DNA of 64,000 nucleotides, taken from the NCBI RefSeq assembly GCF_009914755.1, contig NC_060948.1; one strand, given 5' to 3'. Positions 14,705 through 27,200 of the stretch are shown here, one piece after another. Made by a program: the position numbers and the translations under genes. The notes below the pieces were generated by a model, which worked only from the letters and a program-made list of their open reading frames with translations, made no database searches and was not told where the DNA came from. Each line of letters starts with the position of its first letter. Positions within the stretch are counted from its first letter, which is position 1. This stretch comes from the human T2T-CHM13v2.0 reference genome, Homo sapiens.

Positions 14705-15560
14705 CTAGCGGCCAATCATTGCCACGGCGGTGGGCTTCAGCCAATTATTGTGAGGGTGGTAGGTGTCTCCCGAGGTGCCCCACCCCTGGCTGGCCTGCAG
14801 CTCCATCCTTCCGTGGTTATAAGCATCAATACAGCTTGTGCAGGGCGGCGGTGGATTCAGGCACACGCGGACTGTGAGCCCTTTGGAAATGTGGGCATGG
14901 AAGACGTACACCCTAACTGGCATCCTGAGTGTGGCGAAGCATTGACCCACACGGAACACATGAAACATCTCACTACATTAGACGGGCTAGGCAGATAGTA
15001 CTGAATATTGCGATCCACAGGGGAGAAAGAGGGACCAGCTCTGCCTGCTTGGGAGAGGGCATTGGCGATGGCTTGGAGAGAGTGGGGCAGGGCGGATCCT
15101 TGGGAGGAAAGTCGACTGGTACGTTGCTGGGGTGGAATTCGTCTGCACCAGAAGATGAAAACCGCAACGACTCTTTAATATCTAGGCAAATACAGGCTCC
15201 GAGTTCCATGCTTCCTCCTTGAGGATGGTGTACTCACAGGGGCATTGCAAAGGACCTCTTATCCTCTGCCCTGGGCACACGGGAGTCCAGCCAACATACT
15301 CGCCAATCCAATGACCCTTTGCAGTGCCTTCTGGCGCAGAGGGTCCCTCAAGTGCAGCAGTGGCCGTGGTGCCTACTAGCAGGGCTCTGGAAGCACAGGG
15401 CCTCGGCTTCCGACTCCAGGGCTGCTGTGCACAGCTAATACTGCTGGGTATCTGGGCCCCATGGCGAGTGTGTGGCAGGCTGCAGGACTGCGGGGCTCCC
15501 CAGGAACCCTGCATTCACGTAGGTGTTCTCAGTAGGGCAAGCCCCGTGGGCCTCTCTGGG
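14705..15560. promoter_or_regulatory. Divergent promoter block between the RBMY pseudogene and TSPY-like copy A
   Basis: Two CCAAT plus GC-box modules (14712, 14741) just upstream of RBMY exon 1; locally CpG-enriched; collinear homology to the TSPY upstream block at 26300-27200. Confidence 0.7.
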
Positions 15561-17750
15561 AGCTGACCCAAGTGTCTAGGGGTGCTGGGGTGTGGGGTGG
15601 GTGGCACAGGCCTTAGTCTGTGGGAGGCTCAAGGAGGGCACTGTGTTAAGGCGGAGGCTCTGCAGGAGAAACTGTGCACAAAGCAGGGAGGCAACCCTGG
15701 GGGAAGAGGCATGCTACTTGGGGCTGACATCAGAGATGGAGGTGGTGGCCAAGGAGGAGGCCAATGTGGAGTGGTAGCAGGAGGACGAGCAGACATATCC
15801 TGGCCCTGGCCCTGGTACACCCCGGCCGGCAACGGAATTGCTGGACGTCCTTCACCTGGAGCTGGGCTCCGTGAATGCCACAGGCCACAGGGCATCCCCC
15901 GTTTCTGGGCCAGAGCCATATCCTTGAAGCTGCCAATTCAGGATGGCTGGCAGCAGTGGGTGGGCACCGAGCTCCCGGGAGCAGGGTTGGGGGAAACATG
16001 GTGGTCGGCACTGGGGGTCAGCCAGGATTCAGGACATGGGGGACAATGAGGGGAACAGAGGACAGGCTCATGCAGATAGAAGGGCAGCTTAATTGCAGGT
16101 GCCTTCAGGGCACATGGTAGGGACAGGAAGCCAAGCACAGCACTCACAAAGGTGAAGAGCAGCGCAAAGGACGGTTCATAAACGGCAGAAAGTTGAAGGA
16201 CATGTTTCACTGGGAAAGTTCCTGGAGGAAAGGGAGTCTTCATGCCCATGACAGCCATGGAACTACCCCCGCACCCTGTGCCTATGTCCAGCAGACTCAC
16301 CCCAGAAACACAAGGTGCTCAAGACTGGGGTTCACAATGTACTGGGCTGCCATGTCTTCTTCAAGGCAGTCACCAGCTCCCCAGACATGATTTCTTCCCT
16401 ATGCCAGCACTGCTCCCGAAGATGTTTAGGCCCTGAGCATATATAACCTCTGTTGAAAACACTTGAGCCCCATGGGGAGAGCCAGGCACAGCTCTGCAGC
16501 CACTTCTACATACAGCTGTTCCATCACGTGGACGCGCCCATCCCTCAGGGAGACCAGGAGAAGGGCAGACCACACACCCAGACAGCAGCAGAGCCTGTCC
16601 AGCACCCAGCACAAGAGGGCCTCCTGCAGCTCAGGAGCCCTGAGCAAGTAGCCATCTCACCCCACAACACCCTACCCCTGACCCCCTGCCCACTTCTTCT
16701 GTGCCCACCCTTGGTAAGAGCAGGCTGTTTGGGCCTGCCTCCATTCGCCAATAAGACCACCATAGCCGTGACAGTGCCGCGCACACCAGACAGAAACAGA
16801 GGACCTGGAAGTGAAGGTGCCAGGCCAAAGGCCTGGGGAATACCCTGCCCCACACTCTCCATGCTCTTGCAAAGTTGCAGCGTGTCTCCTTACACACCCA
16901 CTCAATCATCTAGTGGCTCCTTGACCAGAGGCAGATTGTGTGGCACACCCAAGCTGGCCGGGATCACAAATGATGATGAAGTCCTTCTAAGCTACATGAT
17001 GGATTTGCAGGTCAGGTTAAGGAAACTGGGTCTGTGGGAGGGTTCCAATGTCTGGGTCATGTTGAGGTTCCCTTGGGGCCTGGAGGTGTCTCAGCAGGAT
17101 TGCTGGGAAGGGGAAATGCATGCTTTACCCCAGCTAGCAGGTCACCTCAGCCTGGCTACATGAAATGGTCCTTTAAGTCCATCCTTTTTCTCCTTCTTGG
17201 CCAGGTAGGGGAAGGAAGTCACCCATCCCAGGTACCGGCAGCAGGATGAAGTTTTCTTTTCATCACAAACTATATTTCCACAATGACGTGATCATTCAGG
17301 AGTTGGCATCTTCAGTAAGGAGTGTCTCCCAGTGTGGTAGAGGAGGTTGTGTGTGGGTGGGTAGGTCTGGCATGAGCCTTCCTGACTCCTCTCTCTCCAG
17401 GACACAGGATGTCTCATTCCCTGCAGTCTAGTGGTCGTGGGATCATGAAGGTCAAGCCTCCAGCTGTAGGCAGTACAGCTCCTACCTGAGCTTCTTCAGC
17501 TGGTTGGCTGACCATGACTGCCCAGGTTCTAGCAGGATTGCTGAGGTGGGAGCCGAGGTAGGGCATCACGGGAAAGGATCTTGCTGCTCATTCCTTGGCC
17601 TCTGGGGAATTGGCTTTGAGCCATGACCTGAACTAACCTGTACCCACTTCTGCAGTCCGGCAGATCATCAGCCAGGGCCTGTGGCTCAATCTCTTGCAGT
17701 ACTTCCGGAGAGAGGGAGGCTATTAGAGAGCGAACAGAGAGCAGGCCCGG
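15560..17750 (+). pseudogene. Diverged TSPY-family pseudogene, copy A (FAM197Y-like)
   Basis: Exon 1 remnant (EMEVVAKEEANVEW*; PGPGT; LELGSVNA). Exon 2 ~16935-17010 (cacacccaagctg...agctacatgatggatttgcag|gtcagg). Exon 3 ~17205-17315 (YFHNDVIIQE). Exon 4 17401-17544 (SHS...W...LSFFSWLADHD...RIAE|gtggga). Exon 5 ~17664-17749 (IISQGLWLNLLQY). Many disablements. Confidence 0.88.
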
Positions 17751-18439
17751 TGAGAAGTCTAGGGCTGGGGATTGAGAGAGGCCTTTGATTCCTGAAGTTG
17801 TACCCCACAGGGAGAACCTGAGCCTCAGGAAGGCGACTGCAGTGAGCAATCCCAGGCCATCCATGGGCTGGCAGAGAAATGGCCATCAGGAAACTATAAC
17901 ACCACATTTCAGGATTAGGGATCCTTAAGCTGCCTAAGAGGCATAAGTGTCTAAGATCAGTGGGTGAGAAGCGAGGCTCAAGGAGTAGCTGTCTCATCAT
18001 CCCTTGATGGCTCCCCTCCCTGTCCTGAGGCTAGCTACCACTTAGGGCTCAGTTTGGGCTCAGCAAGGGCCCTCTCAGCCTCCATGCAGATGTCCTGCAG
18101 AGGCCTGCGTCTACGTCCTCCGAGAATGGCTCTCCCAGGCCCATCATTTTCTGTTACGATGACCCTGGGTTTCCCTGACATGCTTTCTCCCCTCTGCCAT
18201 CCTCATTCACTCAGGCCCTGCCTACCCCCAGAAAAGACATGCCAATGCACAGGGAATCTGGATGACCACACAGGGCTTACAGGGGAGGAAATGTGAACAG
18301 ATGGTAAAATGGAAGGGGACCTTCTGTGTGTGTCCAGGAAGGCAATCTGGCTGGGCATTAAGGCACACCTCACTATTGGTGAGGACACCCAGTGTCTCTT
18401 TGTCCAGAGAATGTGCACACAAACACACATATTGTCTAA

Positions 18440-20170
18440 ATGGGATTGACATCAGTACTACCTAGTGATCTACAGATTCCATACAATGCCTGTAAAAATA
18501 TCAATGACCCACTCTTCACAGAAAACCAATCTGAGAATCCTAAATTTGCTATGAAATGGCAGAAGATCCTGAAGACCCAGGGCAATCCAGTAAAAAGCAC
18601 AAAGCTGGAGGCATCACACTACCTAACTTCACAATCTACTACAAAGTTTTATGTACCAAAATAGAACAGCACTGGCAGAAAAACAGAGACCTGAGCTAAT
18701 GAAAAACAACAGAGGCCCAGAACTAAGTCACTGCATTAGTAGCTCATGACCTTTTCCCAAAGAAGCAAGAACACACAATGCAAAATCAAGTATCTTCTAT
18801 AAACTAGGTTGGGGAAAACCTAAATATCCACATGAAGGATCTTAAAAGTAGATTATTTCTCACCAAACTCCATTATCAGACCTGAAACAATAGAAATACC
18901 AAAAGAAATCACAAAGAAGAAGCTCCATGACATCAGTGTGGGCAATGATGGTATCAAAGTGACTGCAAGAGCACAGTAAATACCATCAAAAATAGAGAAT
19001 GTCATTATATCAAACTAAAGTGCTTCAGCACACCACAGGAAACTAAACAGAGGGAAGGGACATCCTACAAGATGGGTGAAATTATTGGATCACCATAGAG
19101 CTGTTAATGGGTGAATATTTACTGTACATGAGGAATTCCAACAACTCAATAGCATGAAAACAAATGGGCTAAAGATGTGAATACTTTTTGTGAAACAAAG
19201 ACATACAGCTGCCCAGAAGACACATTAAAAAGCACTCATCATCCTTAATACATTAGGAGAATGCAAATCAAAACCACAATGAGATTTCATCTCACTTCAG
19301 TCAGAATGCCTATTATCCAAAAGATTTTAAAAAAGCTCATTTCTGGTAAGCATGCAGAGAAAAGGAAATTCTTGCACACTTTTGGTGAGAATGTAAATTA
19401 TGGCAGGCATGGCAAGAAGCTTTAAGGCTTTTATTTAAGTAGAAAGAGGCTTCACAAATCTACAAGTAGAACCACCCACCATATGATCCAGCAAATCGGA
19501 ATACCGAGGAATACCCACAAATACACAAAACAGTATGTTGAAGCGGTGCATGCACCGATGCAATTTTTGCTGCACTATTTACATTTTTGCTGTAGCCAAA
19601 ATACAGAAGCAATCTGAGTATCCCTCAGTTGATGAGTGGATAACAAATGGGGCACATATGCCCAATGGAAAAATGGGCTGCTATAACAAAGAAGGAAATC
19701 CTGCCAGTTGTGACAATGCTTGTGAATCTGGTGAATGTGTGCATGCCATTTTGTTAAGTGACATAAGCCAGGTATCAGAAAGGCAAATAGCACATGACCT
19801 CATTCCTATATGAAATCTAAAAAGCAGACCTCACAGAGGTAGTGACTCCAACGGCTGGGGTGGTGTTTAGTGAAGAGGGTGCTGAGGAGATGTCGGATCA
19901 AGAATTCATATTTCTAGTTAGAATGGAGGAATAGGTTAAAAACCTTTTCTAAAGCATGCTGACTATAACTAGTGATAACACATTCTTTCTCTAAAAAATT
20001 CTAAGAGAGTTCATGTGAAGTTTTATCACCACAAAAATAACAAGTATATGAGGTCATGCATGTGTTGATTAGCTGGATGTATCCAGTGCATAACATACAT
20101 GACCTTTTGAACATCACCCTATAAGTTATACATATGTATCATTTCATATGTCAATTTAAAAAATAAACAT
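18440..20170 (+). mobile_element. Old L1 (L1M-type) ORF2 3' part and 3'UTR
   Basis: gatctacagattccatacaatgcc; ctggaggcatcacactacctaacttc; atgcaaatcaaaaccacaatgaga; ccctcagttgatgagtggataa. Confidence 0.88.
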
Positions 20171-20467
20171 ACAATTTTTAAAATTCCTTAAGAGAATCAA
20201 TGTTGATAAACTATTTTATTATAAAGAAGTGCTTTTCTTTTCTACCTGTATCAATGTCTTTTTCATGACACAGGACAGAATGCAACGTAGTTTGGTAAGT
20301 TAAAAAATATATATAAAAATAAAAATAAATCCCAATGTAGATGATCAATGAAAGATAGAAATCACAGGTCCATAGACTATATAGTACATGAACGGAAACC
20401 TTCACTGCATGTTTCAAAAGAAGACGTGAGCAGGCAGAAGGAAAAAGCAAAAAACTCAAAAAGCCAT

Positions 20468-20772
20468 TCCAGGGCCCTGGGTCACACCTGTAATCCCAAC
20501 ACTTTCAGAGGCTGAGGTGGGAGGATTGCCTACACTCAGGAGTTCCAACCCAGCCTGGGGCAACAAGGGCCCACGTCTAAAAAGTAATTAATTAGTTAAT
20601 TAATATGTCGCTGGGAGGGGTGGCATGCATCTGTAGTGCCAGCTATGTGAGAGTCTGAGTTGAGAGGATCACATGGGAGTGGGGTGTCCAGGCTGCAGTG
20701 GGCTGAGATCCTGGTGCTGCTCTCCAACCTAGGAGACAGAGTAAGACCCATTCTCAGAAAACAAACAAAAAT
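20468..20772 (+). mobile_element. AluJ-like element
   Basis: cacacctgtaatcccaacactt...ggctgcagtgggctgagatc. Confidence 0.85.
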
Positions 20773-23425
20773 AAGAGTCACATTATGCAAATTAAAACAA
20801 TGTAGTGTGAGGAGAATCAAAATAAACAAAGCATCATCAAAGGCTATATGATCCAATGAAAGAAACCAGCTTTCACATAATAACAGCCAAAGATGGGGAG
20901 AACAATGAGAAAGGGCAGAGAGAACATGTAAATAATAATTCACCAAACTCCCCAAATGAGTTAAAAGACATGAATGTACAAAGAGTACTTCCTTTGGCTT
21001 CCAAACCCTTAATAATAATTGTCTTTTCCTGAATCCCTGACATGCATTCAGCTCACCTGAACCTCTTGGTGAGGTTCTGAGACCATGATCTGCCCTTTTT
21101 TCTGTACACTCTCACTTTGTTATTTCACATCACTTATCTGTAGCAGGTCATAACGAATCATGATTCTTTGACATTGTTGACACAATGAAGAACTCAGATA
21201 TGAGTTCAATAAACAATAGTTTATGACATGTCATGAAAAAATGCTGTATACATGATGCTTGTTAAAAGAATAATACCAAATAAAAATGTAGGAAGAAGTA
21301 CATTTTCTTCATTTCATCATTGAGCTTGTGTTTACGAAACACTTTATCTGTGATCTATAGCTGCCTCCTGGAAAATGATCTGACAGAGTCTTTTGAAAGT
21401 TCCCATTCCACTTTGGAGACCACAGGCATAACCCACTTTTTCACTTTTCCACCTATTGGATATACTTAGTGGGATGAGTAGGATCCATGTGACTTTTCGC
21501 TTTGCTGTAATGCCCAGTTATTTTTTTTTTAACACTGTCTTTGCTAGATAAGGCTGAAATAAATGGTTCATTATGGCTCACAAAAAGAATTCATCTCCTT
21601 CAGCTGACATTCTTTATAAGAGGAATTTCATCCAGCCATGAAAACAATAATCTGATGCCACTGCTGACAGATTCAGAATTACAAACTAAATTCAGATAGA
21701 GGATTGGAAGATAGATGATGCAGATGGAGAGAGGGGGTTGGGGAAGGAAGGGAAGGATGAAAGGAGGGGTGTAAGGGAAGGAAAGGAAATAAGGAAGGGA
21801 GAGAGAGTGATAGGTTTTCAAAGACACAGATACAAAGTCTAGCATGGTTGTAGAGATAGGCGTGTACAAATTAACACAGGCAGTGTGGAAACATATCGGA
21901 CAGACAGAGACATAGGTGGAGTCAGAGAAAAGATACAAACCCACACAGAGAAATAAACATACACAAATACAGAGACACACTTGGCAGTTTAAACATTAAA
22001 AAACACCAAGACCCTGAAACTAGAAATGACAGAGGTGTTTCAGAGTTACTGAGACAGAATGCAAGTTCGTCAGTGACCTTAGCATCTGTGCCCCATGTGC
22101 ATGGATATTCAGTGGAAGAAGCATTGGACAGACTGTACGATTCAGCACGATCTCTGATAATACCTAAACAATGGAGCTTATGTTAAATCACTAGACTGAA
22201 CTGCATGTAGGATTCGAGGAAGAAGCCCAGTCAGCCATGTTCGCTCGGTGGGGTTGACAATATGGCTGAGCCACCAGCCCATGGCATGTCCATCCACTGT
22301 GGACAGTTGCTGGTTTGCTGCCTGCCTTGGGAAAAGCTCTTCCTGTACCACCATTTTAAAACAGCCTAGCTCCAAAACTAGCCCTGGCATTGACTTACAG
22401 TCTTTTCCTTATCATTTATCTCCTAGAAAAATTATTGCAAGATCCTTTCCTCAACTTTTTCCTATGCATTAAATTTGGGGCAAGACGTTTTCACATGACC
22501 TGATTACAGGCAAGTGCCCAGACATTTCCCAATCTGAGTAGCCCTGAGTGCAGACACCAATCTGCTTCTCCACTCAGACTCTTTACATTATTAACCTTAT
22601 GCAAAGTATGCTGAAAAGGCCACAGAAAGTAAAAGGGCCCTGGGCTCCAGAAACAGTCTGCAGTTGCAATCATTGGGGAGACTAGATCCTCATGATGGTT
22701 TACATGAGCACAAAATGCATTTCTAATGCTGTTAGCTACATACATTATTGAACTAAAGATGTAAACATCAACAACAGTGTCCATATCCTGGGTTATCATG
22801 TGACAGAGAGTCCATGCGTCGATCCCCCTGCAATCTTAAATTCCACAAATCCACCCCCTTTCCCCTGACTTCTGTATGTCTGTGTTTTCCCTTAGTCACC
22901 TATGACAGAAAAAAAGAGGTGTATCCTGAACGCCTTCCCACATGCCTCTGTAACCTTTTCCACAGTCCCTCCATAAACCTTACATGCCCATTTCTTCTCA
23001 CATTGATGGGACCCCTCGTACTGAGAGACTGATTGTCCCAGAAAAGGATTATGCATTCACCTTTAAAAAGAGAACATGTGAGAAAGTGAACTTTAAGATT
23101 TGCATCATCTTGTGCTATCTTAGTGTGTCTGATGATGCCCAAAATGAAGGATTTTGGAGGTACCTTATCCCAGCAAACTGGGCCCTGGATATCTTAGTGC
23201 CCATTAACCCCTTTCCTTGAAATACCTCTGCTTCCATAAGAAGTAGCCTATCTTCTCTTTCTTTTACCTCCCCAACTCTGTCTTGTAGGAAGAATACCAA
23301 AACATTCCACACTCATTCACTCTACAACTTTAGAGGCCCAGCTCCAACATAGACTGGTCATTTCCATGAAGAGAATGAAACATATGGATTGACCTATTCA
23401 TTATGACACCTGAATCCAGGGGATG

Positions 23426-23427
<2 letters not shown>

Positions 23428-23463
<36 letters not shown>
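23428..23463. repeat. (CA)n microsatellite just downstream of the TSPY pseudogene
   Basis: Perfect CA run. Confidence 0.95.
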
Positions 23464-23467
<4 letters not shown>

Positions 23468-23479
23468 CACATATCTTTA

Positions 23480-26221
23480 ATAGTGTTTATTTTTCATTCC
23501 ATACAATCCAAGTTTATCCCCTTTTCCTGTCTGCATTTTTTGTGACTGGGTCTGTTTTTCCTTTAGTTCCTGTGCATAAGACCATGCTGAGTACTGAAAT
23601 CCTGCATACCATAGTAACTTATTAGGAGTTGTGCTGTTTTAGTTAAAGTCTGATGCTCCATCACATTCAACTCAAAATCTGGATGTCCCCTAGAGAAAAA
23701 CAACCATATGTCAAAATGCACTTCTTCTGAGCCATACTTTAAAATGTTTTAATTTTAGGGCCTGCCTAGAAAAGACTATCCCTTCCCCATTTGTGATCTC
23801 TTAAACTTCCTCCTACCATGTGTTACAAACTGTTATCTGCAATATCTGCCACATTCCCAGTATTCTCTGTGATGGGAGTCAGCTAACAAGATGCATTGTA
23901 CACTAAAAGCAGACAGAAATATGTTGAGGCAATAGCTTAAGAAAATCCATTAATCTAAACAGTCTTGTGGTTTGCGGCAAGGATGACAAGGAGGCACATT
24001 CAGGGAGCCCAATCTTAAGGGGTTGGTAGGATGACTGCCAGTGGGGTTGATGGCCACGGAATCAAGTGCCACACATTGAAGTTAATTATTCAGCTTTACT
24101 TCTCAGTGAGTCTGGACATGTACTATGCTTCCCCGGGCTTTAGACTCCACAGCTATAACCTGCTTTGCAGTCCAGTGTCTAATGTGGCTTTTTCAGCCCA
24201 ATGGCCTGAATGTTCTGGATTTTGTCACTCTCTGTCTTCCTATCAAGGAATTTCTACTTGTATGAAGGGAGCCTCAACTTCTACATTTCTGAAATGAGCC
24301 CCCAGGCTCCCTAAATAGGGAGGTGTGTCAGACCCCTCATAGTGGCAATCAAACAGCTCCAATTACAACTGAATGGCTCACCTGAAATCTCTCTTCCCTC
24401 TTCAGATGGCTTTATCCTTATGTAGTATTGCAGGGGATTGCACCACAGTTCCTTACATAGGATCTATCAGGGGAATCAATAGGGAAAGGCCTCATCAGGG
24501 CTCAGAATGGTGACCCAAGCAACTGGGAACACACCGGGGTCATCCTGATGTTTCCCAGCGAGGACCCACCTCAGCAATCCTATTAGATCCTGTGAAGTTG
24601 TGGTCAGAAAACCAGTTGAATAAGTTAAGGCCGCTGTTGTAGTGTCTGTGGCCACAGGCCTCCACTTCATAATCCTCATACCACTGAATTGGAGTGGAAT
24701 GAGAAGCCCTGTATTTTACAAAGACATGATTTTGTGGGAAGGGGGCTGGATCACATTGGCAATGATCCACCCACCATCTTCCTTCCACTACCTATCTTGG
24801 GAGCCACCTGTACCTGTGACGTTCACGAGATATTCCTCGGTAATCACTTTATTCTGGAAGTAGGGGGCGTCAGAAAGAACAACATGATCTTGCAGAGATG
24901 AACAGGATGCTTCACTTCTTCCACCTGTCAGGACAATGTGGAGGAAGCTTAAATACCTTTTTGGGTGAGGTGCCCACTGTTGCTTACAGGAATGAATTAT
25001 TTCCCTTGCCCTTCCCACTCTACTCTCTAACCTCAGTCTTCCCGGCCTCAACTACAAGTTGATCATGTAGCTCAGCCTGTCTTCATCTTAGTCAGTGATC
25101 AGTGATGACATCTGGGGGTGGTTCGCAATCTGACTTAGGTCAAAGAGACTTTAGATGTGATGGGAGGTAAAGCTAGAAGCAACAGGGAAGAAGGCCTAAG
25201 AGTACCCAGAGGCGGAGGTAGGAGGTAGGGGATTTCTCAGATTTGCTTCCACATATGACCTCCGTTTCTCCTCTCCCTCCCCCTGAATTAAGTCCTGCTG
25301 GGTTCACGGAGGGTGTGTAATTCTGAGGCTAACTGCATTGACATGGAGAGGGGCGATTTGCAGAGAGGTGCTGGTGTCTGAGGAGTGGTAGAATCTGCTT
25401 ATACCTGAAGACGCCCAGTCCCAGATTGGATTGGCAAGGGGGAGCAATCACATTTCCTTAAAAATAGCTTGATTCACAGAAAAACCTATTCTGGTCTGAA
25501 CTCGCTTCTGCTCTTCAAAAAGATGCCGCAAATATCTGCTGCTAGGCATCACGAAGGGTTTCATTGCCACATGCAGGAAAACAGTACCCACGTCTGCTCT
25601 GGCTTTCCATGGTCACATTTGTCCATGGCAACTCACCGTTGGTCCCCAAATAGTCACGTCGACACAGAGCTGCCTGTATGTTACTTACACTTCCCCAAGA
25701 GCACCTCTCAACTAGAAAGGCAGAAGAAACACTGAAAAGGAATCACCATTGGCCCAGAAGCCAGGGATGCTCTGAATGATGTCGCCTCTCCGGCCCAGGT
25801 GGGACTTGCACCTCTCCTCCATCTTTTCCCTCTGCTGAGAAAACGCCTTCTTAGCTCGGGCATTAACCGGCTCCAGCTCCACCTGAACAGCCAGCAGCTC
25901 CTCCAGTGTAGATTCTGGAGTCATAGGCCCAGGGCCAGGCTGTGCCTACTGGTCCTCCTCCTACCACTCCACGTCGGCCTCCTCCTGGGCCACCACCTTC
26001 ACCTCCGCCATTATGTCATCCGCCACCTGCACCACCTCCTCCTCCAAGGCAGCCTCCTCGCTCAGCGCCCCGGGCGCCCCCTCCTGTAGAGCCTCCATCC
26101 TGAAGACGGTACCCTTCTTCGAACTCCCACAGACCAACACCTATGCTGCCCGACCCACGCGACAAGAACCCTGCAGCTACCTTTATTGAACCCCTTGGGT
26201 CAGCAGGCCCTCAGGGGGCAT
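23480..26221 (-). pseudogene. TSPY12P: TSPY pseudogene with canonical 6-exon structure (copy B)
   Basis: ATG at 26221 (MPPEGLLT); exon 1 to ~25745 ([38 protein letters not shown]...[10 protein letters not shown]); exon 2 25129-25052 (78 nt, IANHPQMSSLITD*DE); exon 3 24924-24814 (frameshifted); exon 4 24715-24570 ([11 protein letters not shown]...[16 protein letters not shown]); exon 5 24463-24382 ([14 protein letters not shown]); exon 6 23689-23667; AATAAA at ~23490. Stops and broken splice sites. Locus symbol recalled, not verified. Confidence 0.95.
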
Positions 26222-27200
26222 GCGCCGGGCTTCCAGGCGCCCCCTAACAGATTGCATGCAAAGGGCACCGGGAGCCACTCCAAGACTGCCTGTCTCCGCA
26301 GCACGGCCAATCAGTGCCAGGGCGGTGGGTGTCTCCCTGGGTGGCCTCACTCGAGGCTGGCCTGCAGTCCCAGTCTCCCGGGGTAAGCCTCCTCCGAGAA
26401 GCTCTCAGAGCTTGTGCCAGGTAGCGCTGCATCCAGGCACATGCGGGCTGAGTGGCCTTTGGAATTGTGGGCATGGAAGCCATGTGCCCTAAATGACATC
26501 CTGGGCGTGGCAAGCCATTGACCCACAGGGAACACATGAAACCTCTCACTTCATTAGGCAGGCCAGGTAGATAGTATGGAATAGTGCACATCCAGAGAAC
26601 TCTCTCTGGCTGCTGGGGCAAGGGCAGGGGGAGTGGCCGGAGGAAAGTGGGTCAGGGCGGGCGCGTGGGAGGAAAGTTGCCTGCTTGTGCTGAGGTTGAA
26701 TTCGTCTGCTCCAGAGGCCAGAACCCGGGCAAACACTCTCGCAGGTCTAGGCAAATACAGGCTCCGCATACAATGCTTCCTCCCTGAGGATGCTGTATTC
26801 CAAGAAGCATTCCAAAGGGCCTCTCATCCTATGCCCTGGGCATACCAGAGGCCAGCCAGCAGGGTTGGCCATAGACGGCCTGCGTGCACGCTATTGTGCA
26901 CTGCCTTGCCAACCCATAGGCTCCTGCAAGTGCAGCAGCGGCTGTGGTGCCTGTTGGTGGGGCTCTACAAGCCCAGGGCCTCTGCCTCCAGCTCCTGATC
27001 TCCTGTGTGGAGTTGACACTGCTGGGGACCTGAGTCCCAGGGTGAGTGAGGCGATCTGCGGGGGCAAGCAGGGGCTCATCAGGAAACCTGGGTCCACATG
27101 GGTGTGGGAATATGTTCTTAGCAGCTTGAGGCCTGTGGGTCTTTTGGGGAGCGGGCCTCCTGGGGAACGGCCCCCAGGGCCTAGGGGTGCTGAGGATGGG
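26222..27200. promoter_or_regulatory. TSPY upstream / divergent promoter block
   Basis: CCAAT at 26307 followed by a gggcgg GC box; CpG-enriched; lies between head-to-head TSPY copies B and C. Confidence 0.7.

Noticed and set aside
16453-17163. 236-aa ORF and other long GC-rich ORFs at 15-18 kb and 26-29 kb
   Set aside because: They run through introns or wrong frames of TSPY-like pseudogenes; long open frames are expected at this GC content.
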